Below are positions 46,999-53,944 of a stretch of DNA of 53,944 bases, piece after piece; within the stretch, counting starts at the first letter, position 1, and each line of letters opens with the position of its first letter. Both the position numbers and the translations under genes were made by a program. The DNA comes from Anaerolineae bacterium (GTDB taxonomy: Bacteria > Chloroflexota > Anaerolineae > Aggregatilineales > Ch27): contig DAOTXK010000120.1 of the NCBI GenBank assembly GCA_034435395.1, positions 1-53,944 of the forward strand. Direction: 5' to 3'. Under the pieces are notes generated by a model. It worked only from the letters and a program-made list of their open reading frames with translations. It was not told where the DNA came from and searched no databases.

Positions 46999-47031
46999 CG
47001 CAACGTTATCATCCCCATAAAAGGAGAGGCA

Positions 47032-47286
47032 ATGTCATCCACACCTTCGGCGACGACGAGGCTGCGCACGCTCGACCAGCTCCTTCCCGGACAGCGCGCC
47101 ATTATCCAACGGATCGGCGGCAAAGGCGCGTTCCGCCGACGGGTGATGGATATGGGGCTGGTCAGCGGAGCCGAAATTGAGATGATCAAAGCAGCCCCGC
47201 TGGGCGACCCGATCGAGTATCGGCTGAAAGGTTACCATCTATCGCTGCGCCGGGCCGAAGCGCGGGTGATCGTGGTGGAGTGCTGA
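47032..47286 (+). CDS. feoA: Ferrous iron transport protein A
   Basis: [64 protein letters not shown] is a typical FeoA SH3-like domain. AAGGAGAGG RBS. Confidence 0.9.
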   Translation: MSSTPSATTRLRTLDQLLPGQRAIIQRIGGKGAFRRRVMDMGLVSGAEIEMIKAAPLGDPIEYRLKGYHLSLRRAEARVIVVEC

Positions 47287-47335
47287 GGGTGTTTTCCACC
47301 CGGCTCCGGCGCAGGTGGATATAGAACGGACATTC

Positions 47336-49738
47336 ATGGTCAAGGATTTCACCATTGCGCTGGCCGGGAATCCCAATGCCGGCAAAAGCACGATCTTCAA
47401 CGCGCTGACCGGCGCGCATCAGCACGTCGGCAACTGGCCGGGTAAGACAGTCGAAAAGAAAGAGGGCCAGACGATCATTGGCGCTCATGTTTTCACCGTC
47501 ATCGATCTGCCCGGCGCGTACAGCCTGACCGCGTATTCGGTTGAAGAAGCGATCACCCGCGATTTTATCGTGAACGAGCAGCCCGATGTCGTGGTTGCCG
47601 TGGTGGACGCCACCAACCTGGAACGCAACCTGTATCTGGTGGTGCAGCTCATCGAACTGGGCGCGCCGGTGGTGGTGGCAATCAATATGACCGACCTGGC
47701 CGAGGCGCGGGGCATCCAGATCGATATGGGGGCGCTGTCGGCAGGGCTGGGCGGCGTGCCGGTGGTGGCCACCGCTGCCCGGCACGGCGTCGGCCTGGCG
47801 GCGCTGCGGGAGGCCATTCTGACGGTGGCCGGCGGCGGGCACCATCTCGATGAGGCCGGGCCAGGGCTGATCGATTACGGCCAGCCGCTGGAAGATACCC
47901 TGGCCTCCCTTCAGCGGCGGTTGGAGCAGGCCGCTGTCCACGGGCGGGCGCATCCGTGCGGCCATCGCCAGGGCCATTCCTCGCCCTTCGGCGAAGCGCC
48001 AGTCTTCCAGTGGATCGCCCGCCGTCGCCGCCGCCATCGCCGTCGCCGGGCGTGGCATCACCGCCGGGCGAGCCGCGAGTGGGCGTGTCCCCCGCGCTGG
48101 CTGGCGCTCAAGCTCCTGGAAGGCGAGGACGATATCCTGGCGCGACTCGACGACGCCGATCGGGCGGCGCTGATGGCGGCCAGGCAGCAGCACGCCGACC
48201 GGATCATGGTCGCCTGCGACGAAGACCCGGAAACCCTGATCGTCGACCGGCGGTACAGTTTCATCGGCGAGTTGGTCCGGCAGGCGGTCACCCGCCCGGC
48301 CCGCGAACCGATCACGACTTCGGAGCGCCTCGACCAGGTGCTGACGCACCGCTGGCTGGGGCTGCCCGTTTTTTTGCTGCTGATGTGGATCGTGTTCCAG
48401 ATGGTGGCCAACGTCAGCGCGCCGTTGCTGGACTGGGTGGACGCGACCATGACCGGGCCGTTCACCCGCTGGGCGGTCGCGCTGCTCGGTGTGCTGGGCC
48501 TGCGGGGCACGTGGGTCGAGTCGCTGCTGGTGGACGGCATCATAGCCGGGGTGGGAGGGATGCTGGTTTTCCTCCCGGTGCTGGTCTTCCTGTACCTGGC
48601 CATCGCCCTGCTGGAAGAATCGGGCTACATGGCCCGGGCGGCGTTTGTGATGGACCGTTTCATGACCATGCTGGGCCTGCACGGCAAGAGCTTCCTGCCG
48701 CTGCTGGTCGGCTTCGGCTGCAACGTCCCGGCCATTTATGCCACCCGCACGCTGGAGCATCCCGATGACCGCAAGCTCACCGCCTTCCTGACCACGTTTA
48801 TGAGCTGCGGGGCGCGCCTGCCGGTTTACGTGATCTTCGGCTCGGCCTTTTTCGGCGCGGCCTCCGGCCACCTGATCTTTGCCCTGTACCTGTTGGGCAT
48901 TTTGGTGGCGATCCTGACCGGCTTCGTGCTGAAGCGCACGATCTTCAAAAACAAGCCCACGCCGCCGTTTGTGATGGAACTGCCCCCGTACCGCCTGCCC
49001 ACCTTCGCCAGCGTCTGGCTGCACATCCGGGAGCGGACGGCCAAGTTCATCCGGGGGGTGGGGACCGTGATCCTGATCACGTCGGTGCTGGTGTGGTTCC
49101 TGCTGGCCGTCCCGGTTGGGCAGGACCGCCGCGCCTTCGACCGGGTCGCCCCAGGCGACAGCCTGTTTGGCGCGATCAGCCGGGCGGCAGCCCCCGTCTT
49201 CGCCCCGGCGGGTTTCCCCAGTTGGGAGGCGACGGGCGCGCTGGTGAGCGGCCTGGTGGCCAAAGAAGTGGTGGTCTCGACGCTGAGCCAGATTTACGTG
49301 GGGGCGGCCCATGAACACGACCAGCCGCCCGCCGGGGAAGCGCCGCCGTCCGGACTGGTCGATGATCTGGCCGGGATAGCGAGCGGCTTCGGCGAGGCGC
49401 TGATCCTGACCGCCCAGGAAGTGGTGAACATCGTGCCGCGCACGATCAACCTGCTGCCGCTCCTCCACGCCCCGGAAGCGGACTTCCTGGGCCGCCAGAC
49501 GACCGAAACCGGCGACTCCACGCTGGAGGCGGCGTTGCGGGAAGCCTTCACGCCGCTGGCCGCGCTGGCGTTTAATGTCTTTGTGCTGCTGTACATCCCC
49601 TGTATGTCGTCGCTGGCCGCCATGCGCCAGGAGTTCGGCATCCGCTGGACGATCTTCCAGGCGGGTTACACGCTGATCATCGCCTGGCTGGCCGCGGTGG
49701 CCGTCTACCAGGTCGGCTTATGGGTAGGGTTGGGTTGA
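47336..49738 (+). CDS. feoB: Ferrous iron transport protein B
   Basis: G-domain [24 protein letters not shown] and NMTD, followed by polytopic gate-motif regions. ATG at 47336 (the track starts at GTG 47315). Contains an unusual Arg/His-rich insert (see findings). Confidence 0.95.
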   Translation: MVKDFTIALAGNPNAGKSTIFNALTGAHQHVGNWPGKTVEKKEGQTIIGAHVFTVIDLPGAYSLTAYSVEEAITRDFIVNEQPDVVVAVVDATNLERNLYLVVQLIELGAPVVVAINMTDLAEARGIQIDMGALSAGLGGVPVVATAARHGVGLAALREAILTVAGGGHHLDEAGPGLIDYGQPLEDTLASLQRRLEQAAVHGRAHPCGHRQGHSSPFGEAPVFQWIARRRRRHRRRRAWHHRRASREWACPPRWLALKLLEGEDDILARLDDADRAALMAARQQHADRIMVACDEDPETLIVDRRYSFIGELVRQAVTRPAREPITTSERLDQVLTHRWLGLPVFLLLMWIVFQMVANVSAPLLDWVDATMTGPFTRWAVALLGVLGLRGTWVESLLVDGIIAGVGGMLVFLPVLVFLYLAIALLEESGYMARAAFVMDRFMTMLGLHGKSFLPLLVGFGCNVPAIYATRTLEHPDDRKLTAFLTTFMSCGARLPVYVIFGSAFFGAASGHLIFALYLLGILVAILTGFVLKRTIFKNKPTPPFVMELPPYRLPTFASVWLHIRERTAKFIRGVGTVILITSVLVWFLLAVPVGQDRRAFDRVAPGDSLFGAISRAAAPVFAPAGFPSWEATGALVSGLVAKEVVVSTLSQIYVGAAHEHDQPPAGEAPPSGLVDDLAGIASGFGEALILTAQEVVNIVPRTINLLPLLHAPEADFLGRQTTETGDSTLEAALREAFTPLAALAFNVFVLLYIPCMSSLAAMRQEFGIRWTIFQAGYTLIIAWLAAVAVYQVGLWVGLG

Positions 49739-49741
49739 ACG

Positions 49742-50035
49742 ATGGCCACGGTATTGCGTCAGGTGCTGGATATCTTTGAGCAGGCGACCGGGCCGCTGGC
49801 GCTGTCGGAGGTCGCCCGCGAACTGGGCATCGAACGGGGGGTGCTGGAGGGCATGCTCCAATACTGGGTGCGCAAGGGCAAACTGCGGGAAGTGACCGGC
49901 GGCACGCAGATCTGCCCGATCTGCAACCGCAGCGACGAGTGCGCCCTCGTCCCGGATATGCCCCGGCGTTATGAGCTGGTCACCGACGGCGACCCTGACT
50001 TCGGCGTCGATCCGCCTGCCATGTGCTGCGGATGA
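49742..50035 (+). CDS. feoC: FeoC-like winged-helix protein
   Basis: Position immediately after feoB. LSEVARELGIERGVLEGMLQYWVRKGKL plus the Cys cluster CPICNRSDEC. Confidence 0.7.
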   Translation: MATVLRQVLDIFEQATGPLALSEVARELGIERGVLEGMLQYWVRKGKLREVTGGTQICPICNRSDECALVPDMPRRYELVTDGDPDFGVDPPAMCCG

Positions 50036-50210
50036 CCGGCCAGGGGGCCAGCCTCCTCCGGGGCGGTCGAACCGCCGCTCTGGCGCTGGTGCTGCCCTCT
50101 CATGCCGAACAATTTAGGAAAAATTTACCAAACCCCACTAGAATGAATAAAATTATTGGTATATCATGGGGACGAGGCATTGGCCAGGACCGCACCTAAG
50201 GAAGCCGTCA

Positions 50211-50612
50211 ATGAGCCCGCCCCATCATGTGCTGATCGTCGATGATATGGCCGACACGCGCACTTTGCTCCGCATTCTCCTCTCCCACAAAGGTCTCTAT
50301 GCCGTCCACGAAGCTGAAAACGGCCAGCAAGCGCTGGAAAAGGTGGCCCAGCACATGCCCGATCTGATCGTGCTGGATTACATGATGCCGGATATGAGCG
50401 GCGCGGACGTCTGCCAGCAGTTGCGCGCCCGGTCGGAAACCGCCCGCCTCCCGATCATCGTCCTGACGGCGCGCATCGACCACGACACCCGTGACCAGGC
50501 ATTGGCCGCCGGGGCAGATGTGTTCATGTGCAAGCCGCTCAAACCGGTCGAACTGCTGGAGACGGTCCGCCAGTTGATCGCGGCCCGCAAGGGGATATTA
50601 GAAGCCGACTGA
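50211..50612 (+). CDS. Single-domain response regulator (CheY-like receiver)
   Basis: VLIVDD, DLIVLDYMMPDMSG (phospho-acceptor Asp context), IIVLTA and CKPL. ATG at 50211 with AAGGAAG upstream. No histidine kinase in the window. Confidence 0.9.
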   Translation: MSPPHHVLIVDDMADTRTLLRILLSHKGLYAVHEAENGQQALEKVAQHMPDLIVLDYMMPDMSGADVCQQLRARSETARLPIIVLTARIDHDTRDQALAAGADVFMCKPLKPVELLETVRQLIAARKGILEAD

Positions 50613-51236
50613 CGGGACCCCCGGCAGACGCCGCAACGTATACCAGGCCGACGGGCGGACTCCATCGGCGGTGTCCTGGCTGAGGGCGGCTTCCACCAGG
50701 GTAAAGGCGGGGGCCAGCAGCGCCCGCACCGCTTCCGGCTCCAGGCCCGTCACCGCGCCGTCCCGCTCATGGCGTCGCCAGGCGTAGAGCTTCAAAGTGC
50801 CCCCCGGCACCACCAGCCGGGATGCATGTCGGGCGTAGAGAAGCAACTCGTCCGCCGGGAAGGTATGCATGCAGCCCACATCCAGCCACAGCGAGACCGG
50901 CGGATGATCGGGCAGGAAGTCTGGCGACACCACGTTGGCCCGCAGGAAGCGGACCTGCCCCGCTGCCAGGCCGGATTCCCGGGCCCGGAGGCGCGCCCGC
51001 GCCAGCGCCTCCTCGATCCAGTCGACGCCCGTCACCTGCCAGCCGTGCGCGGCCAGGTAAACAGCGCTCACGCCCGTGCCGCAGCCCACGTCGAGCGCCC
51101 GGCCCGGCGGCAGCCGATTCCCTCCCTCCACCAGGGCGCGCACCTCCGGCGGCACGATGCCGGAATCCCAGGGCGGCGGTTCGGCGGCGCAGTAAGCGGC
51201 CTGGTAGCGCTGATAGCGAGACTCTTCGTCAGTCAT
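50598..51236 (-). CDS. Class I SAM-dependent methyltransferase
   Basis: Motif I ALDVGCGTGVSAVYLAAHGWQVTGVD. Its 3' end overlaps the convergent response-regulator gene by 15 bp. Confidence 0.8.
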   Translation of the reverse strand: MTDEESRYQRYQAAYCAAEPPPWDSGIVPPEVRALVEGGNRLPPGRALDVGCGTGVSAVYLAAHGWQVTGVDWIEEALARARLRARESGLAAGQVRFLRANVVSPDFLPDHPPVSLWLDVGCMHTFPADELLLYARHASRLVVPGGTLKLYAWRRHERDGAVTGLEPEAVRALLAPAFTLVEAALSQDTADGVRPSAWYTLRRLPGVPSVGF

Positions 51237-51278
51237 CGGTCGCGGCGCTGGAGCGGCGAGGATAGGCCCCCGCCGCGT

Positions 51279-52259
51279 CTACAGAGAAGTCCAATCGTCG
51301 TTGGGAGGCGGCCCATCAGGCGATGGCAGGTCACCGTCGAACAACTGATCGAGATAGGCCGCGAACGGATTCCATTCGTCTGACTTCGGCCCGGCGGCGT
51401 CCGGCGCAGGCAGGTTGTTGGCCGGGTCGACCGGCCCGTTTATGCCGTCCCTCTCGCCCTGTCCCACCGGGGTGGGTCCTTCTTCCGGGTGGGCCCGGTC
51501 TAAAATCTGCCGCCACCACACCGGGACCGGCAGATTATGGGGCTGGTATTCCTCCTCCAACTCCTGGATCATCTGGAGCAGGCGGCGGTTAAACTCGCGC
51601 CAGTCGTCCAGGGTCAGCCCTTCCGCCACCTGGTACATGGCCGTCTTCACCCGGATGTAGACCTGGATCACGCGGGGATCGGTCCCGCTGGGGAAATTGA
51701 CCTCCACATCGTCGCGCGCGCCCAGGCGGACCATCTGGGTGAACGAGGCGAGATCGAGCTGGGAGACCAGCGTGCGGAACGGGTAGGGGTCTTCCGGCGG
51801 GGCTTCGTCCGGCGGGGGCGGCAGGCCGACCACCCATTGCGGCTCGTCATTCACCGGGATACCCAGGCGGCGCTTGATACGGTTTTTCACCGGTTTCCAG
51901 GCCCCGATGACAAACTCCACCTTCCATTGCTCGTCCACCCCCATCAGGGTGGCGAAGCCGGCGGCGTACATGGCCATCTCGACCAGGGCGTCGATGAACG
52001 TCATCGGGTCGCGCGAGAACAGCACCAGCTCATCGGTCTGCAAATTAAAGGTGAACTTATCCATCAGCGGAATCTGGCTGTAGAGCGGGGCGTTGGCCTC
52101 GTCCACATAGAGCAACACCGGGCGCGGATAAAGCTCCATCACCCGACGCAGCATCTCCAGCGTCTCCGCATCCAGATCGTAGATGCGCCGCAACTGCCGC
52201 AGGGATTCGTCAATATCTTCCGGGTCAAGATAGACGCGGTTCTGCTTCATATCAGACAT
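51279..52259 (-). CDS. Hypothetical protein (326 aa), no recognised family
   Basis: Well-balanced composition for ~270 aa, then a Pro/Asp-rich acidic tail ending DDWTSL. Same strand as the rhomboid gene and downstream of it. Confidence 0.6.
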   Translation of the reverse strand: MSDMKQNRVYLDPEDIDESLRQLRRIYDLDAETLEMLRRVMELYPRPVLLYVDEANAPLYSQIPLMDKFTFNLQTDELVLFSRDPMTFIDALVEMAMYAAGFATLMGVDEQWKVEFVIGAWKPVKNRIKRRLGIPVNDEPQWVVGLPPPPDEAPPEDPYPFRTLVSQLDLASFTQMVRLGARDDVEVNFPSGTDPRVIQVYIRVKTAMYQVAEGLTLDDWREFNRRLLQMIQELEEEYQPHNLPVPVWWRQILDRAHPEEGPTPVGQGERDGINGPVDPANNLPAPDAAGPKSDEWNPFAAYLDQLFDGDLPSPDGPPPNDDWTSL

Positions 52260-52505
52260 GGTCGGCGTTCATACCGGCCTGAACAGCCCGGCGCAACGAT
52301 GGTATCCCGTGAAATGGACGGTGATTCATGGGGATGATCGGACTTCCCTTCGGACTCTGGACTGCCGGCCATTGCAGGGTCATCATACTACCAGACGATT
52401 TTCGCCGCCAGTGCCGCCGCTCCGCCGCCGCGTCGGCCCGTTCCAACCGGTTCATAACCGCCCATGGCACAGGATAACGCTGCCGCCTCCCGACGCCAGC
52501 CGTTC

Positions 52506-53279
52506 CTACAGCTTGGACCCGGTGATGTAGCGGTACAGCAGGTCTTTCCGCACGAAGAGGAAGATCAGCAGCCCGGCGAAGAACCCCGCCAGGTGGGCGA
52601 CGAAATCGGTGGTGTAATAGGACTCGCCCCGCGCCGACTCGACGGCCGGGATCACCTGCTGGGCCAGCCACCACACCAGGTACAGCAGCGCGGGAATCTT
52701 AATGCGGATCGGGATGGGGATGATGCCGATCAGGGGGATGGTGGTGATGCGGGTGCCAGGGAAGAGGATCAAAAACGCCCCCATCACGCCGGCAATGGCC
52801 CCGCTGGCCCCGATACCCGGAATCAGCCGGTCGTAGGCGCTGCCGCTGCGGATGATGATGCTGGCCGTGCTGGCGATCACCCCGGCCAACAGATAAAAAA
52901 ACAGGAAGCGGTAGGGGCCGCAGGCATCCTCGATCCGCCGCCCGAAGGCGAACAGGAAGATCATGTTGCCGAAGAGATGCCAGGAGAAGGGCAGGCAGAT
53001 CAGAAAACCGGGCGCGTGCAGGAAGGTCGAGGTGATGGCGCTCAGCGCGCCCGACCCCTGCTGCTGCCGGACAGCGTCGGGAACCGTGCCGTAGACGAAG
53101 TGGGAGATGACCTCGGCATCGATCGGGCCGTGGGGGGTGGCGTAAGTCGGCCCCCACAACAGCAGCTGGACCTCGGTATGGAACCACACGCCGACATTCA
53201 GCAGGATCAGGAAAATGGTCATCCAGGGGATGGTCCGGTACCGGACGCGGGTGGTATCGGCTATCGGCAACGGGAACAC
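52506..53279 (-). CDS. Rhomboid-family intramembrane serine protease
   Basis: FLHAPG....HLFGNMIFLFAFG (H..H..N motif), catalytic GASGAIAGVMGAFL, and catalytic His context AHLAGFFAGLL. Confidence 0.85.
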   Translation of the reverse strand: MFPLPIADTTRVRYRTIPWMTIFLILLNVGVWFHTEVQLLLWGPTYATPHGPIDAEVISHFVYGTVPDAVRQQQGSGALSAITSTFLHAPGFLICLPFSWHLFGNMIFLFAFGRRIEDACGPYRFLFFYLLAGVIASTASIIIRSGSAYDRLIPGIGASGAIAGVMGAFLILFPGTRITTIPLIGIIPIPIRIKIPALLYLVWWLAQQVIPAVESARGESYYTTDFVAHLAGFFAGLLIFLFVRKDLLYRYITGSKL

Positions 53280-53311
53280 GGCGCGCTCTCCGAATCAGGC
53301 CGGCGGTGATA

Positions 53312-53944
53312 TCAGGGAACCCCGGCCATCAGCCGGTCAAAAATGTCCAGCAGATATCCGGGCAACTGCCCGCTGTTCAGGGTATTCAGGGTCTGCTGGG
53401 CGCTGAGCAGGCTGTTGCGCAGCACCAGCACCGCCGCCACGATCAGCAGCACCCCGCCCACCGTCCCCAGCACGTACCGCACTTCCATCGGCAGCGAGGG
53501 CACCGGCTCGTCCTCCAGGGCCTCCGGCAGGTAGGAGTCGTCTGGCGCTGACCGTTTTTCCGGCGCGGTTGACGGCCGCAAAAAGCGCTGAAACACTCGC
53601 TGCGACGGCGACGAGGCCGCCGAGACCACCAGATACCCACCAACCAGGCTGAACAGCAGGCCGGCCCAGCCCGCCAGGCTGATCCCGGTCAGCGATACCC
53701 CGGCGTCCAGGATCGCGATCAGCAGAAACAGCAGGAAGATGCCCAACACTTCCCGCAGGGCGTACAGCATGTGCATCTGGATGTGGCGGGGGATGTGCGG
53801 CGCGCGCTCCAGCAGTAACTCTTCTGCGGCCTGGCCGATGGCGGTGCGCGCACCCCGGTCGACCACGCGTTTGAGATACCGCTGGGCGCGCTCCTGGTAC
53901 CCCAGCTCTTCATACGCTTGAGCCAACCGCATCAGGACGGCCTG
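53312..53944 (-). CDS. Membrane protein with a TPR-like N-terminal helix pair, 5' end outside the window
   Basis: The frame is open to the window edge (..QAVLMRLAQAYEELGYQERAQRYLKRV, TPR-like), followed by 3 TM segments. The track ORF begins at an internal Met (53932). Confidence 0.55.
   Translation of the reverse strand, partial: QAVLMRLAQAYEELGYQERAQRYLKRVVDRGARTAIGQAAEELLLERAPHIPRHIQMHMLYALREVLGIFLLFLLIAILDAGVSLTGISLAGWAGLLFSLVGGYLVVSAASSPSQRVFQRFLRPSTAPEKRSAPDDSYLPEALEDEPVPSLPMEVRYVLGTVGGVLLIVAAVLVLRNSLLSAQQTLNTLNSGQLPGYLLDIFDRLMAGVP

Noticed and set aside
47186-49468. 760-aa minus-strand ORF
   Set aside because: It is antisense to feoB (G-domain motifs on the + strand). The sequence is low-complexity and Arg/Gln/His/Pro-rich.
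50598-50612. 15-bp 3' overlap of the convergent response-regulator and methyltransferase genes
   Set aside because: Short convergent overlaps are common in compact genomes, and there is no evidence of regulatory significance.

Overview
GC-rich bacterial chromosomal window (roughly two-thirds G+C by eye, not computed) with about 50 protein genes on both strands. I recognised no rRNA, tRNA, CRISPR array, transposase or integrase. Thr/Pro-rich linkers after signal peptides and the overall gene mix would fit a Chloroflexota-like organism, but that is inference only. Housekeeping content: a dnaG-rpoD pair, heme A synthase, etfBA, a GH3 hexosaminidase, a PQQ sugar dehydrogenase and an ArnT-like glycosyltransferase. 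Accessory content: an ECF sigma/anti-sigma operon, a TetR plus ABC-2 exporter operon, three MFS transporters (two of them tandem paralogs), three GNATs, feoABC, a rhomboid protease and several secreted repeat proteins. Most worth following up: (1) a 973-aa Hsp70-family ATPase fused to a long HEAT-repeat array, divergent from a PadR regulator across an AT-rich region enriched in TTACG/CGTAA motifs; (2) a Rab-like small GTPase with a downstream proline-rich partner gene; (3) a ykkC-family (guanidine-I-like) riboswitch candidate with its own terminator in front of an EamA/DMT transporter; (4) a sphingomyelin-synthase-like PAP2_C membrane protein; (5) a perfect 3 x 17 bp tandem repeat at a promoter; (6) Fur-box-like half sites embedded in an AT-rich coding tail upstream of feoA, plus an Arg/His-rich insertion in FeoB. 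Many long ORFs in the track are antisense or mirror-frame artefacts of high GC and were rejected.
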